Source: an uncultured Alphaproteobacteria bacterium (GTDB lineage: Bacteria > Pseudomonadota > Alphaproteobacteria > Caulobacterales > Aquidulcibacteraceae). Taken from it: a DNA stretch of 41,786 bases. Where the stretch lies: NCBI GenBank assembly GCA_937967725.1, contig CALBSY010000298.1, positions 1 to 41,786 of the forward strand, read 5' to 3'. Positions 24,570 through 32,438 of the stretch are shown one piece after another. A program made the translations under genes and the position numbers. The notes beneath the pieces were generated by a model. The model was not told the DNA's origin. It was given only the letters and a program-made list of their open reading frames with translations, and made no database searches. The first letter of the stretch is position 1; the number at the start of each line of letters is the position of its first letter.

Positions 24570-24878
24570 ATGAGCACGCTCGAACGAGTTTACCGCGACC
24601 AGGGCGGGTGCAATTACGTCGATCTGTCTGGGTCGATCGCCACCGGCGGGACGGCGCAGACCTTGGTTGCGGCCAATGCAGGGCGCGATCACGTTTTCAT
24701 CGGCAACCCGAACAGCTCGGGCTCGCTTTGGGTGAATGACCTTGGCGGAACCGCCGCGGCGAACGGGGCCGGCTCGACCGAAATCCCGCCCGGGGATGTG
24801 GTCAAGACCCGCGCCCGCAACGCCATTTCCATTATTCACGCCGACACCGGCGCGAAGTTCACGGCAGGGGAGGCCTGA
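24570..24878 (+). CDS. Small beta-rich virion protein
   Basis: SGSIATGGTAQTLVAANAGR...NPNSSGSLWVN; structural context. Confidence 0.75.
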   Translation: MSTLERVYRDQGGCNYVDLSGSIATGGTAQTLVAANAGRDHVFIGNPNSSGSLWVNDLGGTAAANGAGSTEIPPGDVVKTRARNAISIIHADTGAKFTAGEA

Positions 24879-24879
24879 T

Positions 24880-25332
24880 ATGGAGCCGCGTTCCTTTCCC
24901 GGCTTGTCCCTGGCTGACCTCAACGTCACCGCCACTGCGGACGAGCTCAATCTCAACGACAACCTGGTTGCTTCGGTTTCCTGGTCTGTCGCGGCCGGCG
25001 CTTCCAATGTGTGCGTGCTGACCGGCACGCTCAAGGATGCGGCGGGATCAACCATAGCCGCGTCGCGTCCGCTGCTGGTTTATATCTCGGAAGCCGCGAC
25101 CGGGATCGGCATCACCGCCGACACCTATTCGACCGGGGCCTCGATCACCACGGGGACGGCGCTTGTCACGCTGACCGCGAACAAGGCCTGGCTCATCAAC
25201 ACCCACACCGATGGGACGTTCGCCATCTCCATCACCGATTCGGCCAAGCCCGCCGATCAATATGCGGTGGCGGTCGATCCGCAATGGCAGTTGAGCGTGT
25301 CGGCGGCGTCCGCCGCTCTGTGGGGCGCCTGA
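24880..25332 (+). CDS. Putative head fibre/decoration protein
   Basis: VTATADELN motif; Thr/Ala/Ser-rich beta composition; GGAGG RBS. Confidence 0.7.
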   Translation: MEPRSFPGLSLADLNVTATADELNLNDNLVASVSWSVAAGASNVCVLTGTLKDAAGSTIAASRPLLVYISEAATGIGITADTYSTGASITTGTALVTLTANKAWLINTHTDGTFAISITDSAKPADQYAVAVDPQWQLSVSAASAALWGA

Positions 25333-25640
25333 TGCGTAGCCAATACAGCCACGTCTATTACGAGACCGTCGCCGCTTCCCAGACCGCGCAAGCGCTGGGG
25401 GCGGCCGGGGCCAAGGGCGACTACCTCGCCCAGATCGTCATCATCCCGGCGACGACTTCCCCTGGCGCGGTGTCGATCCTTGACGACGCCACCTCGATTT
25501 CGGTGTTCGCCGGCGGCGCGTCCAGCGTCACCGAGCTCAAGCCGATCGTGGTCACGCTTGGCCTCACCAGCAAGAACGGGGCGTGGAAAATCACCACAGG
25601 CGCCAACGTCTCCGTGATCGCCTGCGGGCAGTTTACCTGA
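25332..25640 (+). CDS. Small beta-rich virion protein (MRSQYSHV)
   Basis: TGATG coupling; stop lies in motif 6. Confidence 0.75.
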   Translation: MRSQYSHVYYETVAASQTAQALGAAGAKGDYLAQIVIIPATTSPGAVSILDDATSISVFAGGASSVTELKPIVVTLGLTSKNGAWKITTGANVSVIACGQFT

Positions 25641-25671
25641 ACCCCGCCTGAGGGTTGCGCGGCCTCATAAT
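25638..25671 (+). promoter_or_regulatory. Late-promoter motif 6 (TGAACCCCGC-N18-CATAAT) upstream of the tail genes
   Basis: Read directly. Confidence 0.78.
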
Positions 25672-25679
25672 TCAAGGCC

Positions 25680-26285
25680 ATGGCCTCCCAGACCTCGATT
25701 GCGAACCACTGCCTTGACCTCATAGGCGAGGACTCGATTTCCGACATCAACGACAGCGTTGATCGGGCCGAGAAGATCAGGAACGCCTGGGACGGCGAGC
25801 GCGATAGCGCGCTGCGCGCCCATTGGTGGAACTTCTCCATCGAGCGGGTGAGCCTGGCGGCTGATTCCGCTGCCCCTAACTGGGGCTTCGACAAACAATA
25901 CTCGCTGGACGCCGATGTCGTGCGGGTGATCCAGGTGGATCAATATTACCCCCCGGCGGTGCTCTCGGACCTCATCAACGCCGACACCTCGCTCTATCGC
26001 ATCGAGGGGCGCAAGATCCTCACCAATCTCACAGCCCCGCTCAAGGTGCGCTGGATCGTCAACTCGATCGACATAGGCGATTGGGATGCGTGCTTCGCTA
26101 AGGTGATGGCCTGCAATCTGGCGGACAGGCTCTCCACCAAACTGACGGGATCGGAGGCCATCAAGGCGCGCATCAAGGCCGAGAAGCGCGACGCGCTGCG
26201 CGAGGCCCGCCGCGCCAACGCCATCGAGAACCCGCCCACGCTCGCCAACGACGGCCGCTGGATGGCCAGCCGCTTCTCTGTGTGA
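25680..26285 (+). CDS. Tail adaptor / tail tubular protein A (T7 gp11-like)
   Basis: IANHCLDLIGEDSI, LRAHWWNFSIERVSL, YRIEGRKILTN, EARRANAIE. Confidence 0.88.
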   Translation: MASQTSIANHCLDLIGEDSISDINDSVDRAEKIRNAWDGERDSALRAHWWNFSIERVSLAADSAAPNWGFDKQYSLDADVVRVIQVDQYYPPAVLSDLINADTSLYRIEGRKILTNLTAPLKVRWIVNSIDIGDWDACFAKVMACNLADRLSTKLTGSEAIKARIKAEKRDALREARRANAIENPPTLANDGRWMASRFSV

Positions 26286-26291
26286 GGGGCC

Positions 26292-28757
26292 ATGCGCGGC
26301 AAGAGCCTCCCCAACCAATACGCCTTCAACTCCGGGGAGCTTTCCCCGCTGCTGGACGCGCGCACCGACCAGGCCCGCTACCCCTACGGGGTCAAGCGGA
26401 TGCGCAATTTCATCCCCACCTTGCAGGGCCCGGCCCGCAAGAGGGGAGGGCTGAAGTTCATTGGCGAGATCGCTGACAGCTCGCAAAAGGCCTGGGCGAT
26501 CCCGTTCATCTATTCGCAGACCGACGCTTGGGTATTGGAGTTCGGCAACCAAACGCTGCGCTTTTACACCGACCGCGGACAGGTGCTCGAAAGCGCCATC
26601 ACCATCACCGGGCTCACCAACGCCAACCCGGGGGTGTTCACCAAGACCTCGCACGGGCTGAGCGCGGGCCAGGAAGTCTATGTCGCAACCATGCCGGGAA
26701 CGACCGGCATAGCTGGGCGAAACTTCAAGGTGAACACGGTCCCGACCGCGGACACCTTCACGCTCAAGGATATGTACGGGACCGTGCTCGACACCACCTC
26801 GAGCGGAACCTACACCGGCTCGGGCACGGTCGCGCGCGTCTATCAGATCGCCACGCCCTGGACGATCGCCAACCTGACCGATTCCGCCACCGGCTGCTGC
26901 CTGATGAGCGTCACCCAATCGGCGGACGTGCTCTATATCTGCGTTCCCGGTTTTGCCCCGCGCAAGCTAACCCGCTCTGCCGCCACCTCCTGGGCCATCT
27001 CCACCCTGGATCAGACCGGGGGCCCGTTCGAGACCGTCGATCCTGACCAGACCACTACGGTCTATATCGACAACGGCGCCATCGGCACGGGCCGCACGCT
27101 GACCGCATCCACCGCGATCTTCACCTCCGACCATGTGGGTTCGCTGTTCCTGCTGGAGATGAAATCCACGGATGGGAACGGGGCGTGGGAAACCGCAACA
27201 GCGTTTTCCTTGAATACGATCGTGCGCAGCCAGGGCCATTATTACAAATGCACCGATGCGGGCACCTCCGGCTCGATCGTTCCCAGCCATACCGAGGGCG
27301 CGCGCTATGACGGGGCCGATACAAGCGCGGTCTGTCAGTGGCAGTATCAGCACTCAGGTTACGGCTGGTGCAAGATCACCGCCATTGGGGGCGGGGGCAC
27401 AACCGCCACGGTGGATGTGATCTCCACCATTCCAGACCAGGCCGTAGGCTCTGGCAACGCCTCCACCAAATGGGCCTTTGGCTCGTGGTCAACCGCGAAC
27501 GGGTTTCCCACCCATTGCGGGTTCTTCCGCTCCCGGCTCTATTTCGTCCGCGGCACCCGCATCTGGTTCTCTGTACCGGATGACTTCGAGAACTTCACCG
27601 AGCGCGATGCTGGCATCATCGCGGCCGATTCCTCGTTCGTCATCGACATTCGCTCGGGCCGGAATGACAACATCATGTGGACGATGGCCTCGGCCGATCT
27701 GCTGATCGGGACCGAGGGCTCGGAACATTCGGTGTCTGAGATCACCTCATCGGAGCCGTTCGGACCTGGCAATGCGGCGAGCCTCGCCGGTCCCGGCTAC
27801 GGTTCGCGCCGGGTGGCGCCGGTCAAGGTCAATGACAGCGTTGTCTATCCGATGAACGCGGGGCGCATCCTGCGCGAGCTGCGCTTCTCGTTCGAGGTGG
27901 ACGGCTACTCATCTCTCGACCGCACCGCCTTTGCCGAGCACATCTGCAAAGGCCAGATCAACCAGCTTGCCTATGCGCGCGAGCCGGATTCGATCGTTTA
28001 CGCCTTCTGCAAGGACGGCACGTTCCCGCATATGTCGATCCAGCCCGAGCATGATCTTCTGGCCTGGGCGCGCACCATCCTTGGGGGTTCTGCCCTCGTA
28101 GAAAGCGTGGCCGTCATTCCTTCTCCGGCCGGGGATAGGGATGAGGTTTATGTCATCGCCAGCCTCACGGTGAACGCCCAGACCAAGCGTTATATCGGGT
28201 ATTTCACCGCGCCATGGGATGAGGATGTGGATGCGCTCGAGGACAGCTTCTACGTCGATTTCGGCTTGACCTATGACGGGTCGTCCACAACCAGCATCAC
28301 AGGGCTGCACCACCTGGAGGGCGCGACCGTTCAGGTGCTCGCTGACGGCCATTACATCGGGACCAAGACCGTCTCCGGGGGCGGGATCACCTTGGATCAA
28401 GCCGCCTCCGTGGTGCAGGCCGGGCTTGGCTACACAGCTACAATCGAGTCCATGAACGTCATGCGCCCGGGCGTGATCGCGCGCACGGTGCATTTCTGGA
28501 TTCGCTTTAAGTCCACGGTGTCGGCGCTCTGGTCGATGGCCATGCAGAAAGAGCGCAGCACCGAGACCACCACGGCCGCCCCGATTGAGTTCGGCAACGT
28601 GGTGCTGAGCGGGGTGTCCCAGCCCGTAACCCGGCTGGTGAAGGGCGGCGGGGCCGGTCACGCGCGCGACCTGCGCTGGATCATCGAACACAGCGAGCCC
28701 ACCGCCTGCATCATCTCCGGGGTGACGCTCGAGCAAATCGAAACCAAGGACGCTTGA
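26292..28757 (+). CDS. Tail nozzle / tail tubular protein B (T7 gp12-like)
   Basis: FNSGELSPLLDARTD, NFIPTLQGPARKRGG, GFFRSRLYF, GLHHLEGATVQVLADG; inserted beta domains. Confidence 0.9.
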   Translation: MRGKSLPNQYAFNSGELSPLLDARTDQARYPYGVKRMRNFIPTLQGPARKRGGLKFIGEIADSSQKAWAIPFIYSQTDAWVLEFGNQTLRFYTDRGQVLESAITITGLTNANPGVFTKTSHGLSAGQEVYVATMPGTTGIAGRNFKVNTVPTADTFTLKDMYGTVLDTTSSGTYTGSGTVARVYQIATPWTIANLTDSATGCCLMSVTQSADVLYICVPGFAPRKLTRSAATSWAISTLDQTGGPFETVDPDQTTTVYIDNGAIGTGRTLTASTAIFTSDHVGSLFLLEMKSTDGNGAWETATAFSLNTIVRSQGHYYKCTDAGTSGSIVPSHTEGARYDGADTSAVCQWQYQHSGYGWCKITAIGGGGTTATVDVISTIPDQAVGSGNASTKWAFGSWSTANGFPTHCGFFRSRLYFVRGTRIWFSVPDDFENFTERDAGIIAADSSFVIDIRSGRNDNIMWTMASADLLIGTEGSEHSVSEITSSEPFGPGNAASLAGPGYGSRRVAPVKVNDSVVYPMNAGRILRELRFSFEVDGYSSLDRTAFAEHICKGQINQLAYAREPDSIVYAFCKDGTFPHMSIQPEHDLLAWARTILGGSALVESVAVIPSPAGDRDEVYVIASLTVNAQTKRYIGYFTAPWDEDVDALEDSFYVDFGLTYDGSSTTSITGLHHLEGATVQVLADGHYIGTKTVSGGGITLDQAASVVQAGLGYTATIESMNVMRPGVIARTVHFWIRFKSTVSALWSMAMQKERSTETTTAAPIEFGNVVLSGVSQPVTRLVKGGGAGHARDLRWIIEHSEPTACIISGVTLEQIETKDA

Positions 28758-28999
28758 GGATGGCGCTGCGAAAGCTCGGATCTGGCACGGAAGAGGGCAT
28801 GCAATTGCTGGCTGGCTTTGCCGGCAATGACGATGGCGGAGGGCGCAGCGGCGGGGGCGGGGCGTTCGGGGTGACGGCGCTTGCCGTGGAGAAACTGGCC
28901 AAGGTGGCCAAGAACATCATCACAACCGGCTCTGTCACCGGCGGGTCTGACGATGCTGGCGGCGTGCGCCGCACCCCAGAAGAGCGGGTGGAAAATTGA
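28754..28999 (+). CDS. Gly-rich small hypothetical protein
   Basis: Overlaps both neighbours; start uncertain (TTG 28754 or ATG 28760). Confidence 0.45.
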   Translation: MRMALRKLGSGTEEGMQLLAGFAGNDDGGGRSGGGGAFGVTALAVEKLAKVAKNIITTGSVTGGSDDAGGVRRTPEERVEN

Positions 29000-29430
29000 A
29001 CGTGGTCCGCCTCACCCCCGAAATCATGGCCGGCTTTCAGCCCGATCCGCGCATGAAGTTCACCCCTGATGAGGGGTTGGATTTCTACTGGGAGAAGATG
29101 ACCAGCGAAGGCTTTGCCTACGCCATCCTTGATTCCAGCGACCGCCCGGTCGGGGCGTGCGGGTTCTGGCTCTACGACGAACTCAATCCCCGCAAGGCGG
29201 AAATGTGGGCGGTGTTCTCCGCCGATGCGCGCGGGGTGATGCCTGGCGTCACCCGCAGAACCTTGGCCGCGATGGAAGCGGCCAAGGGCAAGCTCGAGCA
29301 TATCCGCGCCTATGTCGAGCCCGCTTTCCCGCAAGCGGTCAAGTGGGTGTTACTCTTGGGCTTCTCGCGCACGGGCGAGACGATCGAAGCCCCGCTCGGG
29401 GTGTTCGACGTTTACGAATGGGTTAGCTGA
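28996..29430 (+). CDS. GNAT-fold virion assembly protein (T7 gp13-like)
   Basis: PVGACG, AEMWAVFS, FPQAVKWVLLLGF; position before the ejection genes. Confidence 0.75.
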   Translation: MNVVRLTPEIMAGFQPDPRMKFTPDEGLDFYWEKMTSEGFAYAILDSSDRPVGACGFWLYDELNPRKAEMWAVFSADARGVMPGVTRRTLAAMEAAKGKLEHIRAYVEPAFPQAVKWVLLLGFSRTGETIEAPLGVFDVYEWVS

Positions 29431-30062
29431 TGGGCTGGGGCAATATCATCGGCCAGGGCATCTCCAATCGGCAACAGGCGATTGGAGAGTACGGGCAAGA
29501 GCGCGGCAACGCGCTCATCTACAAGCAGAACGCCCAGACCTCGCGCCAGGAAGCGAAGCGGGTTCGCCAGGAAACCAATCTGGCGGAAGAGGCAACGCGA
29601 CGCCAGATCAGGCAGGATCTCGGCGCGGCGTTCGCCGCGGCGGCGCAATCCGGTACGCGCGGCGGAGGCGGGACCACCATAGACGCCCAGCTTAAGCAAT
29701 CGGCGACGCTTGCCGAGCTCGACGCGCTCAATATCCGCTATGGCGGGGAGCTTGATGCGCAGGCCCACGAAACCGACGCGCGCAATTTCGACTATGAGGC
29801 CGAGGCCGCTTGGGAGCGGGCCAAGTACGCCAAGCAGCGGGTGACGTTCGGATCGGTCGGCACCATCCTTGCCGGGGCCGCCTCCTACGGGACCACGGTG
29901 CAGAACCGGCGCGCGCGCGAGGCGGAGCGCGACGCGCGCAAGCCGGGCTACACGTATCAGGGTATTGGCTACAACGTGTCCAAACCAAAACCCCGCGGGC
30001 GCACCCCTGTCATTGAGATTGGCGATCCAGTCGGCGTGAGCGCCGGGAAAGGGCGCAAATAG
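29430..30062 (+). CDS. Internal virion/ejection protein (gp14-like)
   Basis: Ala/Gln-rich helical protein, AAAAQSG, ELDALNIRYGG. Confidence 0.8.
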   Translation: MGWGNIIGQGISNRQQAIGEYGQERGNALIYKQNAQTSRQEAKRVRQETNLAEEATRRQIRQDLGAAFAAAAQSGTRGGGGTTIDAQLKQSATLAELDALNIRYGGELDAQAHETDARNFDYEAEAAWERAKYAKQRVTFGSVGTILAGAASYGTTVQNRRAREAERDARKPGYTYQGIGYNVSKPKPRGRTPVIEIGDPVGVSAGKGRK

Positions 30063-32438
30063 ATGGCCCGCGCACCCGGCATAGTCTCAATCCGCCAATA
30101 CAACCAGCAGAGCCGTCCTCAAGGGCGCGCGCGCCCCAAGGCCCCATTGGTCGAACAGCCCTTGGGCGAGGCCCACAACCTCATGGGCGATCTGGGCCAA
30201 GGGCTGCAGGCGGTCGGGGATTATTACGAGCACAAGGAAAACGTCGATCTGGCGGTGGAGCGTATCCGTCACGCTCGGGATGAGGACGATGCGCGGGCTT
30301 ATTCAGCCGCGGCTCTTGCCGACGCCACGGCGCGCTATGCCCAGCGCGCGCGCGAGATAGAGGCCGAGTCCCAGGACGGTTGGCGCGGGCTCACGGCCAA
30401 TTCGGATGCGGCGTTCAACGAGATCAATGCGGAGATCATCGGCGCCGCGCCGACCGAGGTTTCCAGAAACTTCGTCAGCCAGCACCTAGGCATCCTGCGC
30501 GCGCAAAGCATCGCCCGCCAGGCTGAGCGGGAAAACGATCTTCGCCGGAGCTGGCGCCGGGACACCATCGAAGCCAGCGCAACCGAGTGGGAGCGCATCC
30601 TTGTCACCGACCCCAGCCAATGGGCGCGCGCGCACGCGACATTGACGCAGACCATTGGGTCTATGACAGACATCACCGCCGATGATCGGCGCGATATGAC
30701 CGCGCGTGCGGCGGGCCGCATGGCCTACTTTGCCGTCGCCGGCATGGTCGAGGCCGACCCGCAAGCGGCGTTGCGCATGCTGCGCGGGGGCGTTGTGGAT
30801 GGCGATGCGGCGACCATCGGCCCGCAGATCGCCTCCATGTTCAACGCGACCATGACCTCTGGCCGGCGCACCGCCGAGCGCAATGCTGAGGTTGGGGGCG
30901 CGGCCAATTCGCTCCACCTCTCCGGCCGGGCGGCCGATATTTCAGTCCCGCCGCAATATCAGGGCATGGAGAGCGCGGCGATCGAAGCGGACGCGCGCCA
31001 GCGGCTCGAGGCGCAATTCCCAGGCATGCGCTTTACCGAAGTCATCTTCGAGGGCGACCATCTCCATGTCGGCTGGGAAGGGGGCGGGGAGGCGCAACGG
31101 CAGGAAGGCCCGGTGGCGCACCTCACGGCTGAGGATCATTTGCGCCTCATCAATGCGGCGCAGGCTGAGGTGAACCGCAGGGACAGCGAACAAAGGGCCA
31201 CGGCGCGCGATATTCTCAATGCGCAAACCCAATTGCTGCAACGCGACATAATCCCAAGCGAACCGCTTGACCCTGCGCTTGTGCAGTCGCTGTTCGGCGT
31301 GGACGTGGCCCAGGCCTACCTGGCCAATCTCGCCAGCGCAACGGCCAGCAATCAGTTGAGCAATCTGAGCATGGCGGATGTCGCGCAGGTGGCGGCGAGC
31401 GCCGTTTCTCCAGACCGAAGCGACACCGACAACCTTCTCACCCATGAATACCGGGAGGCAGCGGAACGCAATCTTCAGTCCCGCCGTGAGGATCCAGGCG
31501 GCTTCCTGCTGAACAATCGACGCATGCGCCACCCCGATTTCATGGGAAACCTTGGTGAAGCGGTGCGCAGCGGCGATTGGACAGCCATGCAGGGGGTGTT
31601 CCGTGATCGCGGGGCTGATGCGGTGGAGGCGCGCGCATCCGGCGCGGTCGAGCGCGCCGCCCCGCTGTCTCAGCCTGAGGCCCGAGCGCTGCGCTCGTGG
31701 CTTGATGGTCGCACGGCGCAAGAACGGTTGGCGTTCTTTTCGCAGGCCTCAGCGGCGATGAACCGCGAAGCCTACACGGCCATGATGACACAGATAGCGC
31801 CCGATGGCGGAGAGGTGCTGGCCTTTGCCGGCTTCGCCTATGGCGCTCCGATTGGCGGGCGCTTTGATGGGCCCACAGTTGCCCGCCGCTTGCTGGAGGG
31901 GGCCGAACTATTGCAGGGGCGGGACAGCGCAAGCGGCGAAGATCGCCAGCGTCGCGGGTCTGTCACGCTACCGAGCGTCGAGGATATGCGCCAGGAATGG
32001 CGCCGCCAGGTTGGAAGGCACGCCTATGCCGGGATGCCGGCGGACGTGGAAGAGCGGGCCTTTGGCGCGTTCAGGGCCTACTACGCTTCGCTTGCGAGGG
32101 AACGCGGCTTGACCAACACGACTGTTTCCATCGCGCTTGTGCGTGAGGCTGCAGCCGTTGCCAGCGGGGGCACCACCAATTGGAGTGGGCGCGAAACGCT
32201 GCTGCCGTGGGGGATGCAGGAGAGAGAGTTTGAAGCTGGCGTTCGCGCTGCCTTTGACCAAACCCCCGCGCTGCGCGGACGCAACCCGCGCTCCTTTGAC
32301 CTCACCGCCGTTGGCAATGGGGCTTACGCTGTGGAGGGGATGCGCCACCCAAACGGAAGCCCGGTGCAGATATTCATCAGGCCCAATAACCGGAAAACCT
32401 CGCCCAATTCCACAGTCGCCCCGCCGCGGGGGAACTGA
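30063..32438 (+). CDS. Internal virion/ejection protein (gp15-like) with M15-family peptidoglycan peptidase domain
   Basis: TSGRRTAERNAEVGGAANSLHLSGRAAD...EGDHLHVGW. Confidence 0.85.
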   Translation: MARAPGIVSIRQYNQQSRPQGRARPKAPLVEQPLGEAHNLMGDLGQGLQAVGDYYEHKENVDLAVERIRHARDEDDARAYSAAALADATARYAQRAREIEAESQDGWRGLTANSDAAFNEINAEIIGAAPTEVSRNFVSQHLGILRAQSIARQAERENDLRRSWRRDTIEASATEWERILVTDPSQWARAHATLTQTIGSMTDITADDRRDMTARAAGRMAYFAVAGMVEADPQAALRMLRGGVVDGDAATIGPQIASMFNATMTSGRRTAERNAEVGGAANSLHLSGRAADISVPPQYQGMESAAIEADARQRLEAQFPGMRFTEVIFEGDHLHVGWEGGGEAQRQEGPVAHLTAEDHLRLINAAQAEVNRRDSEQRATARDILNAQTQLLQRDIIPSEPLDPALVQSLFGVDVAQAYLANLASATASNQLSNLSMADVAQVAASAVSPDRSDTDNLLTHEYREAAERNLQSRREDPGGFLLNNRRMRHPDFMGNLGEAVRSGDWTAMQGVFRDRGADAVEARASGAVERAAPLSQPEARALRSWLDGRTAQERLAFFSQASAAMNREAYTAMMTQIAPDGGEVLAFAGFAYGAPIGGRFDGPTVARRLLEGAELLQGRDSASGEDRQRRGSVTLPSVEDMRQEWRRQVGRHAYAGMPADVEERAFGAFRAYYASLARERGLTNTTVSIALVREAAAVASGGTTNWSGRETLLPWGMQEREFEAGVRAAFDQTPALRGRNPRSFDLTAVGNGAYAVEGMRHPNGSPVQIFIRPNNRKTSPNSTVAPPRGN

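Noticed and set aside
16692-25671. The box as an ECF or sigma32 -35 element (TGAAC)
   Set aside because: No conserved CGTT- or CCCCAT-type -10 at the expected spacing; the conserved downstream element is sigma70-like and lies further away
16692-25680. TGAACCCCGC as a stop-codon readthrough or recoding signal
   Set aside because: In the three cases checked, readthrough does not fuse to the next gene: out of frame at 19161 and 21541, and an in-frame TAA intervenes after 25638. The fixed spacing to a -10 hexamer fits a promoter better.
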